IMG/VR virus record: IMGVR_UViG_3300005662_000162
Location: 1-28,488 of that record
Length of the DNA stretch: 28,488 nt
Source: a virus
Lineage: Duplodnaviria > Caudoviricetes
Reading direction: 5' to 3' (one strand)
Positions 1 to 9,407 of the stretch are shown one piece after another. The position numbers were made by a program, and so were the translations under genes. Numbering within the stretch: the stretch's first letter is position 1; each line of letters opens with the position of its first letter. A model generated the notes under the pieces. The model was given only the letters and a program-made list of their open reading frames with translations, was not told the origin of the DNA and ran no database searches.

Positions 1-2
1 AC

Positions 3-194
3 TCTGGCATTTTAGTACTAAACGCTAGCCAGACATTTAAATATCAGTCACCTGCACCAAGTGTAGATGCTTCGGGCGTGATTGTTTATGCAGACAGTAC
101 AAGCACAGACACACAGTTGAACTATAAGAACTCCGCCGGCACTGGCGAGTTAGTAAGTCGACGTCGAGCAATTTTATACGGATTAATATTCTAA
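3..194 (+). CDS. 3' end of a truncated phage structural/hypothetical protein
   Basis: Open frame from the window edge (SGILVLNASQ...GELVSRRRAILYGLIF*). Its TAA overlaps the next ATG (TAATG at 192-196). Not in the supplied ORF track. Confidence 0.8.
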   Translation, partial: SGILVLNASQTFKYQSPAPSVDASGVIVYADSTSTDTQLNYKNSAGTGELVSRRRAILYGLIF

Positions 195-505
195 TGGCAA
201 TAGCACAATCAAAAGTGTCAAACACACTTTCTAATGTTTATTCTAGCAGTGGCTCAACTGCTATCACTGTTATGTTCTTTATGAACAACGGTGCGACCCC
301 TGCTACACTTAGCCTAGCACTTATTGCAGGCAGTGGTACACCTACTATCGCAGATAACGGTATTATGAAAGAAGTTACAGTCGAAGCAGGTGATACGTAT
401 ATTTTTGATACAGAAAAATTAGTGCTGGAAGATACTGATGCATTGTGGGCAGTGTCAGACACTGCCGATACAATAGTAGCTACTATTACCTACGCAGAGC
501 TATAA
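194..505 (+). CDS. Small hypothetical virion-associated protein (103 aa, predicted beta-rich)
   Basis: Coupled to both neighbours (TAATG upstream, TAAtATG downstream); lies in the structural cluster. Confidence 0.75.
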   Translation: MAIAQSKVSNTLSNVYSSSGSTAITVMFFMNNGATPATLSLALIAGSGTPTIADNGIMKEVTVEAGDTYIFDTEKLVLEDTDALWAVSDTADTIVATITYAEL

Positions 506-506
506 T

Positions 507-1010
507 ATGGCACGTTCGATAAAAAACGAAAAATTTCCTAAGAAGCCCGCTAAGATCAGCGGATTTACAGTTGACCAATTTGGCGCCGCAATATTCCCAG
601 GTACATCGGCTGTTACCTTACCTCTAGGTCCTGAGGCCGACCGCCCGGGCTCGCCTGGCACCGGGATGATTCGAGTCAACACTGACAACAATAGTTTAGA
701 ATATTATAACGGCGTTGAATGGAAAACACTCAGTGGCACCGCAGGTGTTACTGGAAACGCTACGATTGTTAAGGATAATTTCATCACAACTACCGGTGGT
801 ACACTATACGGTCCATTGTCTGTTACACCTTACCAGACAAATGCAGTCTTAGTGTATATGGATAACGTTATCCAAGAGCCTGGATATAACTTTACACTAT
901 CTAATAGCTCAGGCACATTAACCGGCACACTTAACTATATTAAGTTCGACGCACCCGGCACACAAAACGGCAAGCGTTTAGTGGTAGTGCAAGGCTTCGA
1001 CACAATATAA
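507..1010 (+). CDS. Putative virion structural protein (167 aa), short paralogue of the fibre proteins
   Basis: Contains the LPLG..ADRP..P..GMIRVNT....LEYYNG..W module and the VY.DNVIQEPG.NFTL module, both also in 1091-2587 and 2651-9346. Confidence 0.75.
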   Translation: MARSIKNEKFPKKPAKISGFTVDQFGAAIFPGTSAVTLPLGPEADRPGSPGTGMIRVNTDNNSLEYYNGVEWKTLSGTAGVTGNATIVKDNFITTTGGTLYGPLSVTPYQTNAVLVYMDNVIQEPGYNFTLSNSSGTLTGTLNYIKFDAPGTQNGKRLVVVQGFDTI

Positions 1011-1040
1011 TAGCACCAGCTAACTATTATACCTAACTAA

Positions 1041-1046
1041 TAAATA
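1041..1046 (+). promoter_or_regulatory. T4-like late promoter core (aaTAAATA)
   Basis: Intergenic TAAATA 44 nt before ATG 1091; the motif recurs ahead of most structural genes; resembles the T4 gp55 consensus TATAAATA. Confidence 0.75.
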
Positions 1047-1090
1047 TGATATAGAGTAAGGTACTCTGTAGATTTATTGGTGACTAAAAT

Positions 1091-2587
1091 ATGGCTTTAG
1101 GTAGAGTTAGTGGTCTGATGCTGAAGTCCAACCTGGAACGCCAGGGTGTAGACTTAGCATTTGAAACAGATCTCTTATATTTAGACGTAATCAATAGCCG
1201 AATCGGTGTTAAAACCAGTTCACCGGCTGTTGAATTAGACGTCAGCGGAGATCTAGCGGTCTCGGGTACTGCCACGATTACTACTGAATTAGTAGCCGGT
1301 AATTTAAGTTTTGCCGGTAATACACTTAGCAGTATAGACGCCAATGGTAATATCTACATTACACCAGACGGCACCGGCAAAGTAATTATTGGTACAACCA
1401 GTGACGCTGGCAACTATATGTTGCAAGTTGAAGGTAGTATCCGTGCAACAGGCGACATTATTGCCAACGGTAATATTACACTAGGTAATGCCGACACTGA
1501 TAGCATTACAGTTGTTGCAGACTTTACCAGTGATTTAATTCCCAACGAAGACGACACTTATGCACTAGGTAAAGATGGCCAGCGTTGGAATGCATACCTT
1601 AACACAATTTATAGTAGTACCGACGAAGATATCGTTGTTGACCCATTAGGTACTGGTCGATTTGTAATTAGCGATATCAGTAAAGTTAGCTTTGGCGGCG
1701 GTAGTGCAGGTTATGCGCTAGTCACAGATGGTGCAGGTGTATTAACTTGGCAGTCGCTAACACAGGTTGGCGACTTTACATTTACTGGTAATACAATATC
1801 TACTGCCAACACTGATCAGGATGTTATCATTGATCCAAACGGTGTTGGTAACATTGTTCTAACAGGCAATGTTGGTATTAATGAATCTGATCCAATATAC
1901 ACATTAAGTGTAGTAGGCACAGACGCTATTCTGGTTCCAGTCGGTACTGGTACAGAACGTCCTACAACAGTTACAGATGGTTTAATCCGTTATAACAGTA
2001 CTACGAATAGTTTTGAAGGTTATAGTAACGGACAGTGGATTTCAATGGGCGGTGATGTCACCTGCACATTAGAAAGTTTTACTGGCGATAGCGTTACATC
2101 AACATTTACACTGGCTAATGCAGTGGACCAAAATTGTGCGATTGTTACCCTAAGTGGTATCGTACAAAACCCAGGTGATAGCTATGCAATCACTGGTACA
2201 CAATTAGATTTCAGCGAGCCGCCAGGTGACGGCTTGGAGATTCGTGTTAGAGCCTTTGCTCAACTAAGCAACTTGACTGCAAGTATTAGTTCTAACACCA
2301 TAGAGGATGTAACGGATGCTGGTAAGGTTGTAGACACCTGGCATCACAATACTAGAAATAGTGCAGACTATTTCATTCAAGCCAGCAATGGCGTAGATTT
2401 TCAGAATATTCGTATGCAAGTGTTGACTAACGGGAGTGCTGTTGTCAAGAATGAATACGGCGAACTCCACACTAATATAACTTTAATGGATATTAGCGTG
2501 GCATTAAATGGCGGATTAGTAGAGGTATCAGTAGCGGCCAACGCAGGAGATACACTCACTGTAAAATGGTCTAGAAACCTACTCTAA
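1091..2587 (+). CDS. Putative virion fibre/appendage protein (498 aa)
   Basis: GNTIS....GNI.I.P.GTG repeats, PVG...ERP module, FTGDS..FTL...VQ.PG module, and a C-terminal domain shared with the 2231-aa and 386-aa proteins. Confidence 0.75.
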   Translation: MALGRVSGLMLKSNLERQGVDLAFETDLLYLDVINSRIGVKTSSPAVELDVSGDLAVSGTATITTELVAGNLSFAGNTLSSIDANGNIYITPDGTGKVIIGTTSDAGNYMLQVEGSIRATGDIIANGNITLGNADTDSITVVADFTSDLIPNEDDTYALGKDGQRWNAYLNTIYSSTDEDIVVDPLGTGRFVISDISKVSFGGGSAGYALVTDGAGVLTWQSLTQVGDFTFTGNTISTANTDQDVIIDPNGVGNIVLTGNVGINESDPIYTLSVVGTDAILVPVGTGTERPTTVTDGLIRYNSTTNSFEGYSNGQWISMGGDVTCTLESFTGDSVTSTFTLANAVDQNCAIVTLSGIVQNPGDSYAITGTQLDFSEPPGDGLEIRVRAFAQLSNLTASISSNTIEDVTDAGKVVDTWHHNTRNSADYFIQASNGVDFQNIRMQVLTNGSAVVKNEYGELHTNITLMDISVALNGGLVEVSVAANAGDTLTVKWSRNLL

Positions 2588-2611
2588 CAATAGAGTATCT
2601 AGAAACCAAAA

Positions 2612-2617
2612 TAAATA
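2612..2617 (+). promoter_or_regulatory. T4-like late promoter core (aaTAAATA)
   Basis: Intergenic, 33 nt before ATG 2651; SD AAGGA at 2637-2641. Confidence 0.75.
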
Positions 2618-2650
2618 ATGGTATTGCTGTACCAAAAAGGAACCTAAACA

Positions 2651-5600
2651 ATGGCTATTACAAGAATTAAGACGGACAACATTAGCAACGATGCAGTAAC
2701 ATCTGACAAGATTGCAACCGGTGCTGTTACCGCAGGTAAGTTAGAAAATAACTTAACCTATGGCTCAGACCTAACAGTTAGCGGTGACTTAACTGTTATG
2801 GGTCTAACTACTACTGTTGAATCAACAACAGTTACAGTAGCTGACCCGCTATTAGTGCTAGCGGCTGGGCAAACCGGCGCAGGCGCAGTAGACGCTGGTA
2901 TTTTAATTGAACGAGGCACAGACACAAATGCTGCCTTTATTTGGAGCGAAGCAACGAATCAATTCGTTGCTATTATGACCACAGACGATGGTACTGCTAG
3001 CGGTAGTGTTGCATCAACTGGTTATGCAGATTTAACAGTTAACGCAATTATCGCAGATTCAGACATGACTGCTGGTAACTTAAACTTTAGCGGTAACGAA
3101 ATTACTTCAACCGATGGTAACGGTAACATTACATTTAGTCCTGATGGTACAGGCGCAGTAGTTGTCAATCAATTGAATGATTTCCGTTTACCTGGATTAG
3201 ATACAACAGGTATCGCATTTATTGGTTCTAGCGGTACAGTAAGTACTGCCACAGACTTAGCATGGGATAATGGTACTAGCACATTAACAGCACTAAACGC
3301 AGAACTTGGCGATTTAACATTCAGCACCGACACTATTTCTAGCACAGGCAACATTAACCTAAGTGCAAATGGTGGCGCAGGTATCATTGACGTAGACGGC
3401 GGCACAGTAACTAACTTAGCTACACCACAAAACAGCACCGATGCGGCTACTAAAGACTATGTTGACAATGCGGTTAGCGCAGGTGGTGCAACAATTAGTC
3501 AAGACGATTCTAGCGTAGTAGTAACAGACGATGGCTCAAATCCCGGTTCTGTTGCAATTGAAGTAGACGGCACATCAGCACTAACTGCTACTAGTAGTTC
3601 AGTTACTTTTGCTGTGGACGTTATTGTCGACGACTTAACAGTTGCTGGCCAAACAATTTCTACAACTACTGCTAACAAGAATATTATCCTAGACCCACAC
3701 GGTACTGGTGTTATTGAAATGGACGGCCCATTACAGGTTAACAACCTAACAGCTGGCCGTGTACCATATGTTGGCGTTGGCGGTGTTATCACTAACGAAT
3801 CTGGTTTTGAATATGATGCAACATCTGACACACTATCAGTTCCAACAGTAGTTGCTTCGACTGGTGTACAAATCAGCGCATTTAGTGCGGGTAAAGTTGT
3901 TATCACAACAACTAACGGTGCGTTAACTACAGACACCGATTTAACCTATGATACTACAACAGATACACTAACTGTTCCAAACCTTGTTGCAACAACATCT
4001 TTTGAGATCAGCGGTTTAACTAATGGCCGTGTATTGATAGCAGGCTTAGATGGTGCAATCACTGACGACGGTGGTTTAATTTATAGTGGTGGTGAAGTCA
4101 CTGCCGGTGACTTAGTACTAAGCACAGGAGTAGGCTCAGGTGCATTAACAGCGGTCAGCGGTACATTCAGTGGCTTAACATCCACACGTATTCCGTTTAT
4201 CACAACAGGTGGTTTACTAACAGACGATGCCGACTTTACATACACAGTTGGTTCCGATACACTAACAGTTACAAACATTACTTCAACCGGAACAGCGGCA
4301 CTAGGCACTGTTAAGTCCGACGACTTAACTCCAGGTCGTGTAGTATTTTCCACAACAGATGGACAACTAACAGACGAAGCTGGTTTTGAATATGATGCAA
4401 CAACTGACACACTAACAGTTGGTACAATTAGCGTTACTGATTTAACCATTGGTACACTAGACGTTAACACCAGCGCAACATTGGCTACTGCTTATGTTGA
4501 AGACTTAACTGCTACTCGTGTAGTTTTTGTTGGTGCAGGCGGCCAACTAGTTGATGATTCAACATTACACTACAGTTCGGGCCTATTAAGTGCTACATCA
4601 ATCAGCACAACAGGCACAGTTGAAGCTCACGGCCTAGTTGATGCAGACATGACCACAGCAGGTCGTGTTGTCCTAACATCTTCAACAGGTCAACTAGTCA
4701 GCGGTTCAGGTCTAACATTTGATAGCGGTACCGGTTCACTAACAGCAACAACATTTGTTGGTGATTTAACTGGTCAAGTTAGCGATATTAGCAACCACGA
4801 CACAGACGACTTAGCAGAAGGTACAACTAACAAGTACTTTAGCAATACACTAGCACGTGGTGCAATCAGCGTCACAGGTGACCTTGGCTACGACAATGCA
4901 ACTGGTGTAATCAGTTATACATTGCCAAACACAGACAGCATGACTGAAGGCACAACTAATAAGTTCTATAGCGATGCATTAGTTGATGCTCACCTAAGTG
5001 GCGGCACAGGTGTAACTTACACCGGCGGCTCGATTGCAATTGGCCAAGCAGTTGGTACAACAGATAACGTAACATTTGCTACAGTAACAGCAGACTTAAC
5101 CGGCGATGTGTCCGGCGATTTGACTGGTCAAGTATTAACAGCTAGTCAGACAAACATTACAAGCCTAGGTACACTAACCGGTCTACAAATGAACGGTGCA
5201 ATCGATATGGATACAAACCATATCACAAACCTAGCAACACCGACATTAGACTACCATGCATCTACCAAGAAGTATGTTGATGATGCAGTTGCAAATATCA
5301 CAACCTTTGATATCACAGACGGTACAAACAATGACGCATTAACAATTGGTACAGATTCACTAACATTCAGTGGTACAGCTAACGAAGTTACTGCAACAGT
5401 TAGTGCTAATACAGTAACATTCGGCCTAGCCAGTGATGTAACTATTGCCAACGACTTAACAGTTACAGCTGACTTGTTTGCTAACACAGCTGATATTACA
5501 ACTGATGCAACAATCGGCGGTACATTAGACGTAACTGGTGACTTTGCTGTTAACAGTACAGCATTTACAGTTAATGCAACAACTGGCAATGCCACTGTTG

Positions 5601-8600
5601 GCAATGACCTAACAATTCAAGGTAACTTCTATGTTAACGGTAGCACTGTAACAGTTGGTTCAGAATCGCTAACAGTTCACGATAACTTGATTCACTTAAA
5701 CGAAGTTTCCGATGCAACAATTACCAATGCAGTCGGTAACGGTACAACGGTTACATTTACAGCAAATAACACCTTCGCCGCAGGCGAGTTTGTAACAGTA
5801 ACTGGTGTAAGCCCAGTTGCTTATAACATTAGTGGTTTGATTGCTACAGCAACTACAAGTCAATTTACAGTTACAAACAGTGCAACTGGTTCTTATAGCA
5901 GTGGCGGTACAGCACACGCTGACACTAGAGCAAACGTTGACCTAGGTGTAGTTGGTTCATACTATGATTCAGCAGACTTACATGCTGGTGTATTCCGTGA
6001 TGCTACAGACGGCAAGTGGAAGTTCTTTGACAGTTTAACAACAACTCCGGGAGTGGATGTACCTACAAGCGATGCATCATTTGCATTTGCAGATGTTCAA
6101 GGTAACATGTTCTGGGGTGATTTAACCGGTGACGTAACAGGTACAGTTAGCTCACTAAGCAATCACACAACTGATAACCTAACAGAAGGTTCAACAAACT
6201 TATACTTTACTACTGCTAATGCCCGTGGTGCAATCAGTGGCGGTACTGGTGTAAGCTATGACAACGTAACTGGTGTAATCAGTATTGGCCAAGCAGTTGG
6301 TACAACAGACAACGTAACATTTAACGAAGTTACTGCTGACGTAGTTGGTACAGTTAGTAGCCTAAGCAACCACGACACAGACGACCTAGCAGAAGGCACA
6401 ACTAACAAGTATTATGCTGATTCATTAGTTGACAACCACCTAAGCGGCGGCACTGGTGTTTCTTATAGCCTGGGTCAAATTAGTATTGGCCAAGCAGTTG
6501 GCACAACTGACAACGTTACTTTCAACACTGTTACAGCAGATTTAACAGGTGACGTAACTGGTACAGTTAGCAGCCTAAGCAATCACGATACAGACGACCT
6601 AGCAGAAGGCTTAACAAACTTATATTACACTGACACTAAAGCACGTGGTGCATTAAGTGTTACTGACGCAGGCGGTGATGGCAGCTTGACATATAGTGCA
6701 GTTACTGGTGAATTCACTTACACTGGTCCAAGTGCAACAGAAGTACGTGCTCACTTTAGTGGTGGCACAGGTGTTGATATCACTAACGGCGTTATTAGTA
6801 TCGGTCAAGCAGTTGGTACAACTTCTAGCGTTACGTTCAATGACGTTGAAGCTGGTACGTTAACATCAACTGGTACAGTTGCTGGTTATGTATTCTACGC
6901 AGGCACAGGCGGCGTATTAGATGGTGCGGCTACATTTACATATAATGAAGGCACTGACACACTAGCAGCCGGCAATATCGAAGCTACAAACTTAACAGCA
7001 TTTGGTATCTTAGATAGTTACCTAGTGTACAGCAACAGCGGCGCATTAACTGGTTCAAACGATTTTACAATCGACAGTGCTACTGGTACACTAAGTGTAA
7101 CTAATCTAGATGTTACAAGTACAGCATCGTTTAGTGCAATTGAAGCATCTACTGTAACAGCAACTGGTTTAACCAGCGGTAGATTAGTGTTTGCATCGAC
7201 TGGTGGTTTACTAAGTGATGATAATACACTGCTTTTTGATTCGGCCACTGACACATTAGAAGCAAGTAACGTTGATGTAACTGGCACATTGTCAGCTGGT
7301 ACAATCCAGGGTAACGCACTAACAAGCGGTCGTGTAATTTTTGCCACAGCTAACGGCCAACTAACAGATGACAGCACATTTACATTCGACGCAGGCAGTG
7401 ATTCACTAGGTGTTACAAACTTAGATGTTGCTACACAAGCAACATTGGCTAGTGCAATTATTGAAGACCTAAGTTCAGGTCGTGTTGTACTAGTTGGCGC
7501 AAGTGGTACTATTGTTGACAGTGCAAGCCTACTATTTGATACAGGCACAGGCGCATTAACTGTTAACGGTAGTGTAGCAGTTGACAATATCACAATTAAC
7601 GGTAACACTATTAGTTCTACTGATACTAATGGCAACATTACATTCTTACCAAATGGTACAGGTACTGTTGATGTTTCAAGTGTTAAGATTACTAACCTAG
7701 CTACTCCAACATCAGACTATGATGCTTCAACTAAGAAATATGTTGATGATACATTTGGCCTAGGTGTAAGTTTAATCAGCCAGAACAACACAAGTGTTGA
7801 AGTAGTTGACAACAACTTATCTGCTGGCCACGTTGATGTAACAATCGATGCTACCTTAACAGCTAAGTTTACAGACGCTGCCTTAGAAGTTTACAACTCA
7901 TTAGAAGTTGATAACATTACAATCGACGGTAACGAAATTTCTACAACTGACCTAAACGGTGACTTAACACTAAGTCCAAATGGTAGCGGTAGTGTAGTTG
8001 TTGACGCAGGTAAGAACTTCAAAATTAGTGACTTATCAACAGCAGGTCAAGTATTATACACTGGCGCAGACGGCCTGGTAACAGCAGAAGCTGGCTTTGA
8101 ATATAATGCGTCTACAGACACATTATCAGTAGCAAACAATACTATTGCATCAACACTAACACTAAGCGACTTTACAACAAACAGTGTATTGTTCGTTGGT
8201 GCAAGTGGCGTAGTAAGCGAAGATTCAGACCTAACTTGGGATAGCAGTGATTTTGCAATCACTGGTGGTTTAGTTGTTACTGGTACAGCAGATGTTGACA
8301 ATGTTAATATCGACGGCAATACAATCAGCACAACTGACACAAACGGTAACTTAGTACTACAGCCAAATGGCACAGGTTCTACAGTAGTTAACGATGCAGG
8401 CAATAGCAGTGATTTTGTTGTTAAGTCAGTTAACCAAGCTGGTATGTTCTTCGTAGACGCTAGTGCAGACGTAATTGGTATTAAGACAATTACACCAAAT
8501 GCAGAAGCCGCACTACACATTGAGTCAACTGATTCAATCATCCTTCCAGTTGGTGCTCAAGGCGATCGCCCAGGTACTCCTGTAACAGGTATGTTCCGTT

Positions 8601-9346
8601 TCAACACTACTTCTAGCAAGCTAGAAGTATATGACAGCACTGCATGGGTATCAATTGGTGAAAACCAAACTACCACAGTTGTTAGTGAAACATTCAGCGG
8701 TGACGGTACTGAAGTTAACTTCACGCTAAGTCAGACACTAACAACAGCGGCAGCGATTGTTAGCATCAACGGTGTTGTACAGATTCCAGGTACAGCATAC
8801 AGTATCAGTGGTTCAACACTAACATTTACTGAAGCACCTGAACTAGGTGACACAGTTGAAGTTCGTCAGGTTGTTACAACAACACAGAACCAAACAGTTA
8901 TTGGTAGTGATGATGGTGCTTCACTATTCACATACGACCAAGCAGGTGACCAATTCCCTCTAACAGTTGCTAACAACACTGTTGTTATGTTTACTGACAA
9001 GGGATTAGACTTACGTTCAGGTTCTGCAATTATTTGCGGTGACGCAAATACATCAGTTGGTACAACAGCAACAGTAGTAGATACATTTGCTAAAGCAACT
9101 TATCGTGTAGCCAAGTATGTTTGCCAAGTTGCAAACAGCGGCTTAGGTGAGTTCCAAGCATGTGAACTACTAGTTGTACATGACGGCACAACAGCTAAGG
9201 TAACAGAGTTTGCTGAAGTTTACACAGGTTCCGCAAGCCTAGGTAGCTTCTCAGCAGTAGTAAACGGTAGCAACATTGAAGTTAAATTCACTGGCGCTAA
9301 CGCAGGTAATGCAGTTAAGGTAATGCCAACATACATTAAGGCTTAA
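2651..9346 (+). CDS. Giant repetitive Thr/Gly/Asp-rich fibre-like virion protein (2231 aa)
   Basis: Uninterrupted 6.7 kb ORF with late promoter and SD. Several repeat families (LT.GRV..., HDTDDLAEG, IGQAVGTTDNVTF, NLATP..TK.YVD) typical of phage fibres. Confidence 0.85.
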   Translation: MAITRIKTDNISNDAVTSDKIATGAVTAGKLENNLTYGSDLTVSGDLTVMGLTTTVESTTVTVADPLLVLAAGQTGAGAVDAGILIERGTDTNAAFIWSEATNQFVAIMTTDDGTASGSVASTGYADLTVNAIIADSDMTAGNLNFSGNEITSTDGNGNITFSPDGTGAVVVNQLNDFRLPGLDTTGIAFIGSSGTVSTATDLAWDNGTSTLTALNAELGDLTFSTDTISSTGNINLSANGGAGIIDVDGGTVTNLATPQNSTDAATKDYVDNAVSAGGATISQDDSSVVVTDDGSNPGSVAIEVDGTSALTATSSSVTFAVDVIVDDLTVAGQTISTTTANKNIILDPHGTGVIEMDGPLQVNNLTAGRVPYVGVGGVITNESGFEYDATSDTLSVPTVVASTGVQISAFSAGKVVITTTNGALTTDTDLTYDTTTDTLTVPNLVATTSFEISGLTNGRVLIAGLDGAITDDGGLIYSGGEVTAGDLVLSTGVGSGALTAVSGTFSGLTSTRIPFITTGGLLTDDADFTYTVGSDTLTVTNITSTGTAALGTVKSDDLTPGRVVFSTTDGQLTDEAGFEYDATTDTLTVGTISVTDLTIGTLDVNTSATLATAYVEDLTATRVVFVGAGGQLVDDSTLHYSSGLLSATSISTTGTVEAHGLVDADMTTAGRVVLTSSTGQLVSGSGLTFDSGTGSLTATTFVGDLTGQVSDISNHDTDDLAEGTTNKYFSNTLARGAISVTGDLGYDNATGVISYTLPNTDSMTEGTTNKFYSDALVDAHLSGGTGVTYTGGSIAIGQAVGTTDNVTFATVTADLTGDVSGDLTGQVLTASQTNITSLGTLTGLQMNGAIDMDTNHITNLATPTLDYHASTKKYVDDAVANITTFDITDGTNNDALTIGTDSLTFSGTANEVTATVSANTVTFGLASDVTIANDLTVTADLFANTADITTDATIGGTLDVTGDFAVNSTAFTVNATTGNATVGNDLTIQGNFYVNGSTVTVGSESLTVHDNLIHLNEVSDATITNAVGNGTTVTFTANNTFAAGEFVTVTGVSPVAYNISGLIATATTSQFTVTNSATGSYSSGGTAHADTRANVDLGVVGSYYDSADLHAGVFRDATDGKWKFFDSLTTTPGVDVPTSDASFAFADVQGNMFWGDLTGDVTGTVSSLSNHTTDNLTEGSTNLYFTTANARGAISGGTGVSYDNVTGVISIGQAVGTTDNVTFNEVTADVVGTVSSLSNHDTDDLAEGTTNKYYADSLVDNHLSGGTGVSYSLGQISIGQAVGTTDNVTFNTVTADLTGDVTGTVSSLSNHDTDDLAEGLTNLYYTDTKARGALSVTDAGGDGSLTYSAVTGEFTYTGPSATEVRAHFSGGTGVDITNGVISIGQAVGTTSSVTFNDVEAGTLTSTGTVAGYVFYAGTGGVLDGAATFTYNEGTDTLAAGNIEATNLTAFGILDSYLVYSNSGALTGSNDFTIDSATGTLSVTNLDVTSTASFSAIEASTVTATGLTSGRLVFASTGGLLSDDNTLLFDSATDTLEASNVDVTGTLSAGTIQGNALTSGRVIFATANGQLTDDSTFTFDAGSDSLGVTNLDVATQATLASAIIEDLSSGRVVLVGASGTIVDSASLLFDTGTGALTVNGSVAVDNITINGNTISSTDTNGNITFLPNGTGTVDVSSVKITNLATPTSDYDASTKKYVDDTFGLGVSLISQNNTSVEVVDNNLSAGHVDVTIDATLTAKFTDAALEVYNSLEVDNITIDGNEISTTDLNGDLTLSPNGSGSVVVDAGKNFKISDLSTAGQVLYTGADGLVTAEAGFEYNASTDTLSVANNTIASTLTLSDFTTNSVLFVGASGVVSEDSDLTWDSSDFAITGGLVVTGTADVDNVNIDGNTISTTDTNGNLVLQPNGTGSTVVNDAGNSSDFVVKSVNQAGMFFVDASADVIGIKTITPNAEAALHIESTDSIILPVGAQGDRPGTPVTGMFRFNTTSSKLEVYDSTAWVSIGENQTTTVVSETFSGDGTEVNFTLSQTLTTAAAIVSINGVVQIPGTAYSISGSTLTFTEAPELGDTVEVRQVVTTTQNQTVIGSDDGASLFTYDQAGDQFPLTVANNTVVMFTDKGLDLRSGSAIICGDANTSVGTTATVVDTFAKATYRVAKYVCQVANSGLGEFQACELLVVHDGTTAKVTEFAEVYTGSASLGSFSAVVNGSNIEVKFTGANAGNAVKVMPTYIKA
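4790..6840 (+). repeat. Dispersed near-identical coding repeats (HDTDDLAEG.TN.Y x5; IGQAVGTT.VTF x4)
   Basis: 4790-4836 vs 6365-6411 match at 45/47 nt; 5039-5077 vs 6284-6322 match at 38/39 nt; further copies near 4930, 6163, 6485, 6583 and 6800. Confidence 0.9.
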
Positions 9347-9355
9347 TTTAACTTT

Positions 9356-9383
9356 GGGAAGGGTGTAAAAACCCTTCCCGTTT
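9356..9383 (+). terminator. GC-rich stem-loop; weak intrinsic terminator or mRNA-stabilising hairpin
   Basis: GGGAAGGGT-gtaaaa-ACCCTTCCC (9-bp perfect stem) followed only by GTTT. Confidence 0.65.
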
Positions 9384-9407
9384 AATCGACATAGTGGAGA
9401 ATGAAAC

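Noticed and set aside
38-43. TAAATA near the window start
   Set aside because: Inside a coding frame and 150 nt from the next start; a 6-mer of this composition is expected by chance.
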